Below are positions 34,059-42,910 of a stretch of DNA of 64,000 bases, piece by piece. Under the pieces are notes generated by a model. The model saw nothing but the letters and a program-made list of their open reading frames with translations. It was not told the DNA's origin and ran no database searches. Location: sequence record MN882349.1, one strand, 5' to 3'. The DNA is from Escherichia phage Ec_Makalu_003. The position numbers were made by a program, and so were the translations under genes. Every line of letters starts with the position of its first letter. Within the stretch, counting starts at the first letter, position 1.

Positions 34059-34646
34059 CTAAATATCTAACCAAGACAAGTCAGATCCGCCCAAGATTTT
34101 TTCGACGGCGGATCTATTTTCTTGATGATATAAGTTAAAACATGGTATCCCATGTCTACGGGCAACATAAACAGCAATTCGAGTTCCTCCCGAAACGATT
34201 CCATTAACTTCTTTCGCCCAGAATATCACACAATCTACAGGGTCATCAAGTGTCTCACCTAAGACTTGAGCAACATTTCTAGAAAACAGATTTTGCATGT
34301 ATAACGGTATAGATCGAGGATTATCATAAACGTGTTCTAATTCATCCATCGCCAGATTTTTTTGTTCTAAGGTTTGCCATGCAATCACATCATGACCGTT
34401 ATGCTTATGGTCGTAAAACTTCCAATTTGGAATGAAAATTTTTCTATAATCTGGATCGTAATACTTCATGAAAGCATTGTCCATACCGTAAGCCCCTCCA
34501 GAATGCGCTACAACGCGATTTTCTGACAATACCCTCCCAATGGTACTAGCCATTATCAAAATGTCGCTAGGCGCTTTTCTAGAGCCTATTAAAGCACATC
34601 TACGAAGTGGTTTTACTCCAAATAGATCTTGTAACTGGTCAAACAT
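34059..34646 (-). CDS. DprA/Smf-like (SLOG superfamily) Rossmann-fold protein
   Basis: 195 aa; strong SD GGAGGAAA; motifs CALIGSRKAP, VVAHSGGAYGMD, FSRNVAQVLG, IVSGGTRIAVYVARRHGIPCF resemble the DprA core. Confidence 0.6.
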   Translation of the reverse strand: MFDQLQDLFGVKPLRRCALIGSRKAPSDILIMASTIGRVLSENRVVAHSGGAYGMDNAFMKYYDPDYRKIFIPNWKFYDHKHNGHDVIAWQTLEQKNLAMDELEHVYDNPRSIPLYMQNLFSRNVAQVLGETLDDPVDCVIFWAKEVNGIVSGGTRIAVYVARRHGIPCFNLYHQENRSAVEKILGGSDLSWLDI

Positions 34647-34798
34647 AATATTTCCTCCATAGAAAGCAATATCATACTACAAGTTAATAACAAATACAAG
34701 TATCCGCGTAGCGGAAGCGAGCACAGCGAGCAATAAAACACTTCCAGTAATTGATTAATAAATGTTCGAAACAAATTTTTATTATTCTATAAGATAAG

Positions 34799-34824
34799 TC
34801 TTCGTTTTGATCATAATTTAATCA
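34799..34824. repeat. 26-bp perfect direct repeat, copy 1
   Basis: TCTTCGTTTTGATCATAATTTAATCA; identical copy at 34948-34973 within a 415-bp non-coding stretch. Confidence 0.8.
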
Positions 34825-34947
34825 TACATGTAAAAACGACACAAAAGGATATCGCTTCGCGAACTCCTACGGAGTATAACATTTGTGTTACATTATGTGG
34901 TGATTAATAATTAATCAAAGATACATTTTCTATGTTCTAAAGATCTT

Positions 34948-34973
34948 TCTTCGTTTTGATCATAATTTAATCA
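34948..34973. repeat. 26-bp perfect direct repeat, copy 2
   Basis: TCTTCGTTTTGATCATAATTTAATCA; identical to copy 1. Confidence 0.8.
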
Positions 34974-35024
34974 AACAGTATTAATATTGTCCATATGTAA
35001 ACTAAAATTATGTCAGTAATAGAT

Positions 35025-35052
35025 ACAAAAAAAGCCGCCCCGAAGGACGGCT
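35025..35052 (-). terminator. rho-independent terminator (minus strand)
   Basis: Hairpin AGCCGTCCTTCGGGGCGGCT followed by a T-run on the minus strand, downstream of the ORF at 35061-35498. Confidence 0.65.
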
Positions 35053-35060
35053 AATGTTAA

Positions 35061-35498
35061 TTATTTGTTGATAACGATCTGATTTCGGCGAATGGTGACA
35101 TTGCTCTTAGAGATGACCAGATCATCCGGCACTACGTTAGTTTTGTATGGTTGGAAGCGAACAAGCATCTGATTGCGTTTAGACCCTTCCTTAATCTTGA
35201 TTTCCATCTGGATATTGTTGCCTACGTGAGCAACCGCAATTTCACCTTTATTCTCATAGACCCACTTGCTGGTAACGTCTCCCGCAAAAGCCTTAATAAC
35301 TTGCAATGCTTCGTCGTATGCGGTAGAGCTGTGAACTTTCAGAAGGCCAGCCGTAGCAAGACGGGAGCAGGTGATCGCCGGAGATTGCCAAACATCAACA
35401 TTAATTTGCTCAATCAGAGTAACACCGCCCTGATCAACTGCTTTGAATGCTTCGAACATTGCCTTTTTCATTGCTACGTGGTTTTTACGGAATTTCAT
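35061..35498 (-). CDS. hypothetical protein
   Basis: 145 aa minus-strand ORF, last gene of a three-gene early cassette; no recognisable motif. Confidence 0.6.
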   Translation of the reverse strand: MKFRKNHVAMKKAMFEAFKAVDQGGVTLIEQINVDVWQSPAITCSRLATAGLLKVHSSTAYDEALQVIKAFAGDVTSKWVYENKGEIAVAHVGNNIQMEIKIKEGSKRNQMLVRFQPYKTNVVPDDLVISKSNVTIRRNQIVINK

Positions 35499-35544
35499 AA
35501 TTAGTCACCTCTATTGATTAGTTATTCAGAATATTAATTACAAA

Positions 35545-35820
35545 TCAGGACATTGCCCGTTTGAATGCGTCCATTATAACAGTGTTATTTGGCTTGTCAA
35601 CACGTTTTTGAACTTTATTTTTAAATTTTTTGTTTATGTGGTGTTTACGATAAACAACCTTTTCACGGCTGGCGTAAGCCTCGCGTGCATCTTTTACCAT
35701 CAACCATGCCTTAGCCGCATCTTGTCCGCTGATCCCGCCAATCTTCTTAGCAATATCAACAAAATTAAGACCGTGATCTTCGCGTAGCATGTAAACCATT
35801 AACGCTGTTTTCTTGTCCAT
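35545..35820 (-). CDS. hypothetical protein with putative helix-turn-helix
   Basis: 91 aa; segment LNFVDIAKKIGGISGQDAAKAW resembles an HTH; basic C-terminus. Confidence 0.5.
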   Translation of the reverse strand: MDKKTALMVYMLREDHGLNFVDIAKKIGGISGQDAAKAWLMVKDAREAYASREKVVYRKHHINKKFKNKVQKRVDKPNNTVIMDAFKRAMS

Positions 35821-36017
35821 TACTTCGCCTCATTGACGATTAACAGGATAGTGATCAGTACCGGAAACTGGATCATGACAGTACCAATAAACCGGATAAA
35901 CGCATTTTCTGACTTCCACACATGACATGCGACTAGCTGATAGACCATTGTTGCAACCAAAGCCAGAAAATACATCTCGATTGGCGTTTCTTTGATCAAT
36001 CGTACAATCTCATTCAT
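35820..36017 (-). CDS. hypothetical small membrane protein
   Basis: 65 aa with two hydrophobic stretches (YFLALVATMVYQLVA; VMIQFPVLITILLIV). Confidence 0.5.
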   Translation of the reverse strand: MNEIVRLIKETPIEMYFLALVATMVYQLVACHVWKSENAFIRFIGTVMIQFPVLITILLIVNEAK

Positions 36018-36143
36018 ACTTCACCTCATACATTCATAAACACAACAACGAATAGGACAGTAACAGTTATTAAAGCCATTTTCAACCCCATATTCATAAT
36101 ATTTTCTTCGCCTCACGATGACAGTAGCATGTCGATGCGTGCC

Positions 36144-36171
36144 ATTATAGGCATCTAAATCGCTCTGTCAA
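36144..36171 (-). promoter_or_regulatory. sigma70-type early promoter (TTGACA-16-TATAAT, minus strand)
   Basis: Minus-strand TTGACA (36166-36171) and TATAAT (36144-36149), just downstream of the hoc terminator; drives the 36017-35061 cassette. Confidence 0.55.
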
Positions 36172-36180
36172 GCACAAAAA

Positions 36181-36207
36181 CAAAAAAGCCACCCCGAAGG
36201 ATGGCTG
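36181..36207 (-). terminator. rho-independent terminator after hoc (minus strand)
   Basis: Hairpin AGCCATCCTTCGGGGTGGCT followed by TTTTTT on the minus strand. Confidence 0.7.
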
Positions 36208-36217
36208 ATAGATTTCA

Positions 36218-37420
36218 TTAATCACGAATGCGTAGAACTCGCTCTAACGTCTCTCGGTCCAGTTTATGTAACTCTTTGGAATGATACATGAAACCATTGC
36301 GAGATTCCATGCAAGTGCAATCACTATATTTTTCTTCCGCTGCCGCGATTGTCTCCAGATCTTTGGCGTACTTGCTGGTTGAATAAACTTCTCGGTTACG
36401 CCACTCTAAACCAGCCTCATTGAATTTAACAATCTCGTCAAATACCCACCATCCAATGTAGATAAATGAAGTTTTGCGCCACGGGATCGGGTGTACGTAA
36501 CGAAACATTTTAACAACTTCCATTGAACATTTTCTACTTGTACTTGTTGCAACTTCTACTGTTTCATCTTCGATCTGTTGATATAGTTTAGCAACACACC
36601 AGAATTTGGCTGTGTCATCGTAAGTAGCACTCTCTTTGAACAGATGACCGTCTGGCATGATAGAAAATCCTTCCAGTGCTTCGCCGACCTCACTACCGAT
36701 TAGAGTCGGTGACATTTGCCCTTCGCGCTGCAAATACCAGTTATATTTGATCGTCAAATTAGGCATACCGCTAGAATCGCCTACAATGTTCTCTGACACA
36801 ACATAATTAAGTAAGATCTCATTACCTAGTGCCACGGTCTTTGATTCCACCACATCCTGATCTACGTTCATTGTTGCCAGCATGATTTTAGTCGATGCGC
36901 TATCGGCTGAATCTTCCGACTCACCCCACACTTTTACAGTATACACGCCGTTTTTATCTGCTGTAAATTTTTGGATCGTAATATCCTGTGTTGTGTCTAT
37001 AACTTCTTCGCCCTTACTCCAACTATAATGTAGTTCATAGTTGTCTGCTGGAGTCTTCCCACCCGAAAATTTTACTGTTGCATGTAATTCTACGTTTGTT
37101 TGTGATGATACGTAGAATTGCTGCGGTTCGGTGATATTTACGATTAATTCAGCTTCTTCCATGAGGAAAACTTCAGATTCTACTGATTCCATCGTATCGG
37201 TATCTTGTACCGTTACTTTATAGCTACCCGCATTTTCACTTGTTGCGTCTGCTACAGTTAGCGTAGCTGTGCTATTTTCATGCGGTTGGTCGTCTTTTGT
37301 CCATGTATATGTCAAATTGCTGGGTAATGGTTCGTCACCCGCTACAGTCGCCGTTAAGGTGAAACCATCTCCAGCAAGAAAACATCTTTTGTTAGATTGT
37401 ATTGATACTGTGAAAGCCAT
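36218..37420 (-). CDS. hoc: head outer capsid protein Hoc
   Basis: 400 aa; Ig-like repeats; C-terminus YVHPIPWRKTSFIYIGWWVFDEI...ESRNGFMYHSKEL matches the recalled T4 Hoc C-terminus. Confidence 0.9.
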   Translation of the reverse strand: MAFTVSIQSNKRCFLAGDGFTLTATVAGDEPLPSNLTYTWTKDDQPHENSTATLTVADATSENAGSYKVTVQDTDTMESVESEVFLMEEAELIVNITEPQQFYVSSQTNVELHATVKFSGGKTPADNYELHYSWSKGEEVIDTTQDITIQKFTADKNGVYTVKVWGESEDSADSASTKIMLATMNVDQDVVESKTVALGNEILLNYVVSENIVGDSSGMPNLTIKYNWYLQREGQMSPTLIGSEVGEALEGFSIMPDGHLFKESATYDDTAKFWCVAKLYQQIEDETVEVATSTSRKCSMEVVKMFRYVHPIPWRKTSFIYIGWWVFDEIVKFNEAGLEWRNREVYSTSKYAKDLETIAAAEEKYSDCTCMESRNGFMYHSKELHKLDRETLERVLRIRD

Positions 37421-37515
37421 ATAAAGCCACTCCCATAGAAAATCCGAATTTAATTAATTGAAATAGTTGATTGCTATCAACCAGATAACCATTGCGAGAT
37501 TCCAATACATGAGTA

Positions 37516-37680
37516 TTAGAATAGTGATGTAACGAGGCCGAAATAGTATCGATCTCGTCTTGGTATTTGTTCTGTTATAAAGTCTGCTGTACTAACAACA
37601 ATCTTTAACAGAAGTGGATGACCAACGGAGCCATAAACCGGACCTTCTGTTTGATGTAATACATTGATTTTGTTAGACAT
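37516..37680 (-). CDS. hypothetical small protein (54 aa)
   Basis: Minus-strand ORF with SD AGAGGA; MSNKINVLHQTEGPVYGSVGHPLLLKIVVSTADFITEQIPRRDRYYFGLVTSLF. Below the size cut-off of the ORF track. Confidence 0.45.
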   Translation of the reverse strand: MSNKINVLHQTEGPVYGSVGHPLLLKIVVSTADFITEQIPRRDRYYFGLVTSLF

Positions 37681-37758
37681 GTAGTATCCTCTTTTAATTG
37701 CATAACGGAACTACAATTAAAATTATAACAAATATTTCACAACTTTTATCACCCAAAA

Positions 37759-38475
37759 TTACTTGAGTGTGTGGAATTGGCTATGTTTAGTCTCTCTCAC
37801 CTTGACAGACCCATCGCGTTTGATATAATAGATCAGTGACTTGAGGGTGTCGTGTACATACGCGTGCGGGAAACGCTCTGGATACTTCTTCCAATCTGGA
37901 GTATTAACGATCCAGTCGAAAATCCACCACGGGCAGGAGTAGTAACCACGACCGCCACCGATCAAGCAAATGGTCGGACGGAAACCAGTAAGATCACAAA
38001 ATGAATCAGTGTCATGTGCAGGAGAACGATGCTCTGCTTCGTCAGAGAAAATGTTTGCTACCGGAGATTCCACTTTAACTTCCGGTACAACCACAATTTC
38101 AACTGGTACTGTGTGTGGTTTGGCTTCTTCTACAACTGTAACTGGTTCTTCTTTTTGTTCTGGTTCTTTCATTGCTTCAACCAGAGACGGATCAACTTCG
38201 TCGAATACCACTTTATCATCTGCGGTGTCTGCTGCCAGAATAAGATCGTTAATACTGGTTCCTTCTGCCGGAGTTTCTTCTTCCATTTCGGAAGCCAGTT
38301 TAGTTAATTCGGTTTCTACGAACTCGATCATGTTCTCTAGTGATAAAGTCTTTTTGACCTTAATATCAAATTGTTTTGCGTAGTCAGCTAATTCTGTTTT
38401 AGCTGTTTTCTGTGCTTCTTTGTCGTCGGACGCCGCAATAGCGCGGAGTTCTTCGAAATATTCTTTATCAAACAT
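37759..38475 (-). CDS. inh: inhibitor of prohead protease Inh
   Basis: 238 aa (T4 Inh 226 aa); acidic central region; C-terminal CPWWIFDWI motif shared with Hoc; position next to hoc. Confidence 0.75.
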   Translation of the reverse strand: MFDKEYFEELRAIAASDDKEAQKTAKTELADYAKQFDIKVKKTLSLENMIEFVETELTKLASEMEEETPAEGTSINDLILAADTADDKVVFDEVDPSLVEAMKEPEQKEEPVTVVEEAKPHTVPVEIVVVPEVKVESPVANIFSDEAEHRSPAHDTDSFCDLTGFRPTICLIGGGRGYYSCPWWIFDWIVNTPDWKKYPERFPHAYVHDTLKSLIYYIKRDGSVKVRETKHSQFHTLK

Positions 38476-38501
38476 GCTATTCTCCTGATTGGGGGTGTTT
38501 G

Positions 38502-38509
38502 TATAAATA
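38502..38509 (+). promoter_or_regulatory. T4-type late promoter TATAAATA upstream of uvsW
   Basis: Exact TATAAATA 36 nt upstream of the uvsW ATG at 38546. Confidence 0.55.
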
Positions 38510-38545
38510 TTTGTATACTGTATTTATTGAGTGAGGCTATTCGCT

Positions 38546-40048
38546 ATGCAAGATATTAAAATTCACTTTCTGAACTACTCCCATGTTCAAATTGAATGTA
38601 GCGATTCAATTTTATTAGAAATGCGAGATTATTTTAGTTTTGAAGTCGAGGGAGCGCGGTTTCAAAAAAGATTTAAGTATGGCGGATGGGATGGGCGTAT
38701 TCGTCTATTAGATTACAATGGAAAGTTGCCAATCGGCCTAACTAAAACCGTTGGCATCTTCGCTAAAAATATGGGTTATTCTGTTTGGGTAGACCCTCGC
38801 TTATTCGAGAAAGAACAGGTTACAGAAGAAGAGATCACAAAATGGTGTAACGACTTAGAATTATATTCCGGTGCTAACAGGATCACCCCGCATTGGTATC
38901 AATCAAAGGCTGTCTTTGAAGGTATTCATCATAAACGCCGTATGTTAGTTTTGCCTACGTCCGCTGGTAAATCTGCGATTGCTTGTATGTTGTCTCGCTG
39001 GTACTTAGAGAACTACGAAGGGAAAGTGCTGATCATCGTTCCTACCACGTCGCTAGTGCTGCAAATGCGTGATGATTTTGTTGATTATCGCCAGTTTCCA
39101 TATGAAGCAATTCATACTATCATGAGCGGTACTAGTAAACACGTAGGTGATCGCCTGATCGTTGTTAGTACGTGGCAATCAGCATGTAAACAGCCTCGTG
39201 AGTGGTTCCAACAATTCGGGATGGTTATTGTTGACGAATGTCACAAGGCCACGGCTAAAAACCTGCTAAACATCGTTACTGATATGGATCATTGCCAATT
39301 TAAGATCGGTATGACTGGTTCCCCTCGTGACGGGAAAGCTAACATGATGCAGTATGTCGGGCTTTTCGGTGATATTTCTAAGATCGTGAGTATTGACCGC
39401 CTGATGGAAGAAGGGCAGGTGACAAAACTGAAAATTAACTGTCTTTTTCTTCGTTATACCGATGAGGAATGTAGCGCGGTTAAGGGGAGAGAATATGCGG
39501 AAGAGATCAAGTATATTACATCTAACCCACGACGTAATAAGTTTGCTTGCAATTTGGCGCTAAAACTCGCTAAGAAGGGCGAAAACGTATTCCTGATGTT
39601 CCGCAACACTAAGCACGGAAAACTTATGTATGATGCGTTACAGAAGGTACACGACAAGGTTTATTATATTGACGGTGGAGTTAAGACAGAAGAACGTGAT
39701 GAATTTAAGAAAATGGCGGAAGGTGACACTGGCTTAATCTGTGTTGCGTCTTATGGTGTGTTCTCTACTGGTGTTTCCATCAAGAACTTGCATCATGTTA
39801 TTTTCGGTCATCCAGTGAAGGAATCAACTATCGTTCGTCAGAGTATCGGTCGTGCATTGCGTAAACATGGTTCTAAGGATATTGCTACCGTTTGGGATCT
39901 TATCGATCATTTGGCGGTGAAGACAAAGAGCAAGAATGCTAAGAAACAGTTTAGCCACCTTAATTATGCTCTTAAACATGCCCTTGAAAGAATAAAAATT
40001 TACAACACCGATCGATTCGAATATGTCACGAAAACAATCGAGATTTAA
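38546..40048 (+). CDS. uvsW: UvsW DNA/RNA helicase
   Basis: 500 aa from ATG 38546 (MQDIKIHFLNYSHVQIE); Walker A LPTSAGKSAI, motif II DECH; segments match recalled T4 UvsW (LIIVPTT, GKANMMQYVG, ASYGVFSTG, IATVWDLID). Confidence 0.9.
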   Translation: MQDIKIHFLNYSHVQIECSDSILLEMRDYFSFEVEGARFQKRFKYGGWDGRIRLLDYNGKLPIGLTKTVGIFAKNMGYSVWVDPRLFEKEQVTEEEITKWCNDLELYSGANRITPHWYQSKAVFEGIHHKRRMLVLPTSAGKSAIACMLSRWYLENYEGKVLIIVPTTSLVLQMRDDFVDYRQFPYEAIHTIMSGTSKHVGDRLIVVSTWQSACKQPREWFQQFGMVIVDECHKATAKNLLNIVTDMDHCQFKIGMTGSPRDGKANMMQYVGLFGDISKIVSIDRLMEEGQVTKLKINCLFLRYTDEECSAVKGREYAEEIKYITSNPRRNKFACNLALKLAKKGENVFLMFRNTKHGKLMYDALQKVHDKVYYIDGGVKTEERDEFKKMAEGDTGLICVASYGVFSTGVSIKNLHHVIFGHPVKESTIVRQSIGRALRKHGSKDIATVWDLIDHLAVKTKSKNAKKQFSHLNYALKHALERIKIYNTDRFEYVTKTIEI

Positions 40049-40053
40049 TAAAT

Positions 40054-40077
40054 AGGGGCTTTAATGCCCCTTTATTC
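40054..40077 (+). terminator. terminator-like hairpin after uvsW
   Basis: Hairpin AGGGGC-TTTAAT-GCCCCT followed by TTTATT. Confidence 0.55.
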
Positions 40078-40091
40078 TACGGAGATTAAAA

Positions 40092-40328
40092 ATGATTAGC
40101 TTTAAACGTTTTTTGGTTGAGGCCGCTATTGACGGTTTTATGAGTAAGATTTATTCTTGTAATACTATCGAGGGATTGAATGAACTTGAGGCATATTATG
40201 AGAAGCGCAAGAAAGAAACAGAATTGAAACCTGCTGATGATATTTCGATTCGTGATGCCATCGCTGGACGCCGTAAGCAATTGGAGGCCGACAACGAGCC
40301 AGAAGAGGAGCCGGAAGAGGATTTTTAA
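40092..40328 (+). CDS. uvsW.1: UvsW.1-like small protein
   Basis: 78 aa (T4 UvsW.1 76 aa); acidic C-terminus; position after uvsW. Confidence 0.6.
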   Translation: MISFKRFLVEAAIDGFMSKIYSCNTIEGLNELEAYYEKRKKETELKPADDISIRDAIAGRRKQLEADNEPEEEPEEDF

Positions 40329-40332
40329 GATA

Positions 40333-40359
40333 TAAAAAAGCCCCATCATTGATGGGGCA
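40333..40359 (-). terminator. rho-independent terminator (minus strand) after the uvsY operon
   Basis: Hairpin GCCCCATCAATGATGGGGC followed by TTTTTT on the minus strand. Confidence 0.65.
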
Positions 40360-40391
40360 AAATAAACCAATTAAAATCGGTTATCAACAAA

Positions 40392-40568
40392 TTACATTAA
40401 CAGCATTGTTTGCTCTACGAGTTGTTCTTGTTCTTCGCCGTTCGCATCTTCACTGATCGAACGTTCTGTTACTAGCTGTAAGCAGTAGCCAGTGTGAACA
40501 ACGCCGTTTTCTGTCTGGACGGCTAACGCATCCTCGACAGGTTGTTTACAACAAATACAGATTTTCAT
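40392..40568 (-). CDS. small Cys-rich protein at the uvsY.-2 position (58 aa)
   Basis: Minus-strand ORF with SD GGAGG; MKICICCKQPVEDALAVQTENGVVHTGYCLQ...; immediately downstream of uvsY. Below the size cut-off of the ORF track. Confidence 0.5.
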   Translation of the reverse strand: MKICICCKQPVEDALAVQTENGVVHTGYCLQLVTERSISEDANGEEQEQLVEQTMLLM

Positions 40569-40589
40569 AAAAATTCCTCCTGCATGTAT

Positions 40590-40997
40590 TTAGCGACCAG
40601 ATTCCAGCATACGCAATTCTATTGCATTCTTGATCGCAAAGCCACGAGATTTAACGATATCAAGTGCGCGACCAGCGAAATCCATTACCATCTGGTAATA
40701 TGCAATTTTCGTATCAAGTGGTAAGATCTCGTCGTCTGCTGCCATGACAACTTTCAATTCTGATTTCTCATACTCAGCGCGACACCAGTCATCACTACGG
40801 TTAGTGTAAAAGTCAAGACGATTTTTCATAGCCTTTTTCTTTTTAGCCTCAAGTGCAATCGTCTCTCGCTTCGCCTCGCTGTAAATCCTTAACCACTTTG
40901 AGTATACTACCGGATTATTCAGCGCCTCCCATTGCAACTTAGTCGCATCGATCTTCATGTCAGCTTCTAATTGTTCTTTCAAATCGTTTAGGTCCAT
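40590..40997 (-). CDS. uvsY: recombination mediator UvsY
   Basis: 135 aa; segments TKLQWEALNN, YSKWL, YEKSELK, DIVKSRGFAIKN match recalled T4 UvsY. Confidence 0.9.
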   Translation of the reverse strand: MDLNDLKEQLEADMKIDATKLQWEALNNPVVYSKWLRIYSEAKRETIALEAKKKKAMKNRLDFYTNRSDDWCRAEYEKSELKVVMAADDEILPLDTKIAYYQMVMDFAGRALDIVKSRGFAIKNAIELRMLESGR

Positions 40998-41044
40998 AAT
41001 ATCCCCTTATTCACACTAAGACCTATATCATATCACCCACAAAA

Positions 41045-41443
41045 TCACTTTGCAAGTCTTATGCGTAGTTGTTCAAGATCATCTGGGTTATCTATTACTG
41101 AAAAGTAGATTGATACTATGATTGAGTTATCGTCGTACTGCGGAGTTACTTCTACTGTCAGGTTTCGGACCCGTGGTTCATAGTTTCGGATCGCCTCATT
41201 AATGTTTTTTGATAAGGTATCCACTGTCAGTGGGTTCATGTTCTCAAACAGTGATTTATTGAGATCACATCCAAACAGTGGATCAAATGGACGAGATCCC
41301 TTGCGAGTAGTCACGATCAGTAGAATCGAATCCTTAACCGCTTTAATTCCTATGTTCTTTTTAACGTCGTTATTCCATGACCTGGATATATTGAGATCCA
41401 AATCAGTATACATCTGATTAATAGTTGCCATGTTATACCTCAA
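41045..41443 (-). CDS. 25: baseplate wedge subunit gp25
   Basis: 132 aa, same length as T4 gp25; TTRKGSRPFDPLFGCDL, IRNYEPRV, FSVIDNPDDLEQ match recalled T4 gp25. Confidence 0.9.
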   Translation of the reverse strand: MRYNMATINQMYTDLDLNISRSWNNDVKKNIGIKAVKDSILLIVTTRKGSRPFDPLFGCDLNKSLFENMNPLTVDTLSKNINEAIRNYEPRVRNLTVEVTPQYDDNSIIVSIYFSVIDNPDDLEQLRIRLAK

Positions 41444-42069
41444 AGAATTTTAAGGAAACTGGATAGACCTGATAATGAATATACACCAGATTCCCCGCAT
41501 TCGCATTTGATCGGTACTGCCAGCGTGATTTGATTTCTTGTTAGCTCGTCGATCACTTCTTCCACTTTATCCGTGGTAAGCATATCCAGCACGCGGTCAA
41601 AGTCCTGTGCGTTCAGGTCGTCTATATTGAATTGCTGATCGCCGATCACGATATATTCGATACATGCAATTACCATCTGCATAATATCAACATCTTCTGT
41701 AAACTTAGGTTGACGAAACTTGATTTTTACTTGTCCTAAGTCCAGAATATACGGTTCAACTTCTGGTATCTGTGTGCGTGAAACATCAAGAGAATATACT
41801 TTCTCTTTATTACATACACCACACACCCAAGTAGCATCAATTTTCATCTTATTGAGGCTGTGACACCATAAGAGAAGAAAAATATATTCTGCTTCGCATT
41901 TCTCTAGCTCTAATGCATTGATTCCCGTACATTCGTATATAATCTCTATAACAACATCTGACAGCTTGCCAGTCTCTTTTGCTGCTACCAGTTTTTGAAA
42001 TTCGCCGAAGGTGAAAGCACGGGCGTGTATCAACTTTTCGCCTATTTGGATCTTGAAAAAGTATTGCAT
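41440..42069 (-). CDS. 26: baseplate hub subunit gp26
   Basis: 209 aa (T4 gp26 208 aa); overlaps gene 25 start; gene order. Confidence 0.8.
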   Translation of the reverse strand: MQYFFKIQIGEKLIHARAFTFGEFQKLVAAKETGKLSDVVIEIIYECTGINALELEKCEAEYIFLLLWCHSLNKMKIDATWVCGVCNKEKVYSLDVSRTQIPEVEPYILDLGQVKIKFRQPKFTEDVDIMQMVIACIEYIVIGDQQFNIDDLNAQDFDRVLDMLTTDKVEEVIDELTRNQITLAVPIKCECGESGVYSLSGLSSFLKIL

Positions 42070-42111
42070 AATAAAACACCCTTTATAAACACATAGAATT
42101 ATTTAGTATTT

Positions 42112-42119
42112 TATAAATA
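42112..42119 (+). promoter_or_regulatory. T4-type late promoter TATAAATA upstream of gene 51
   Basis: Exact TATAAATA 20 nt upstream of the gene 51 ATG. Confidence 0.55.
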
Positions 42120-42139
42120 CCCGAAAGGGGGATTATACC

Positions 42140-42910
42140 ATGAATATTATCCGAATAAAACTACCGGAAGGTGTACAGCGATTTAAACCTTTCACGGTTA
42201 AAGATTACAGAGATTTCCTTCTGGTGTCAACTGAAATTAAGATGAATCCAGAAGAAGAACAAACTATCCTGGATGAGCTACTAGAAGAAATATACCCAGA
42301 CGTAGACCCTGCATTTCGTGAATATATTTTCCTGAACGTTTTTACTAGCTCAATAGGTAAAACAAAGATACCGCTTTGCTTTACTTGCCCGACTTGCAAC
42401 AAAGAAAGAAAAATGTTGCTCAACTTACAGGTCGAAGCACTAAAACCAATCGTTCTGGAGGCCGCAGGGCTTAAAATAACTTTCCGGTATGTGAAACCAT
42501 CAACCGACTATGCAAAAACGTTTCTAGATGCGATAGAGCGTGTATCTGATGGTGTTAATGATTATCTGTGGACTGAATTGCCGGAAGACGTTCGAGATCA
42601 GGTTATTGATTCAATCTCATTTGCTGAATTTGAAGAAGTTGTTAAGCAGATGCACACGATCAAGATCGAACAAAAGATATCTTGTTGTGAAAGTCATGAC
42701 CTAAAATACATAGGTCTTCTTCCATTATTCAAATTGTTGTTGAATCCAGATGAGTTATTCATCTTTTATCGAATAAACCATCTATTGGCAAAATCAAATT
42801 ATTCTATCAGTGATCTTATGGACATGTTACCCGTCGAGAGAAACATTGCACTGACACTGGTCGAGAAAGACGTAAAAGAGGCAAACAATGCAAAGAACGG
42901 GGTTTCCTAA
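42140..42910 (+). CDS. 51: baseplate hub assembly catalyst gp51
   Basis: 256 aa (T4 gp51 249 aa); divergent from 25/26 as in T4. Confidence 0.75.
   Translation: MNIIRIKLPEGVQRFKPFTVKDYRDFLLVSTEIKMNPEEEQTILDELLEEIYPDVDPAFREYIFLNVFTSSIGKTKIPLCFTCPTCNKERKMLLNLQVEALKPIVLEAAGLKITFRYVKPSTDYAKTFLDAIERVSDGVNDYLWTELPEDVRDQVIDSISFAEFEEVVKQMHTIKIEQKISCCESHDLKYIGLLPLFKLLLNPDELFIFYRINHLLAKSNYSISDLMDMLPVERNIALTLVEKDVKEANNAKNGVS

Noticed and set aside
34650-35060. tRNA or other structured RNA gene in the long non-coding gap
   Set aside because: No cloverleaf-compatible segment or conserved T-loop/D-loop sequence found by eye; only the 26-bp direct repeat and a small hairpin are evident. Cannot be fully excluded without a tRNA scan.
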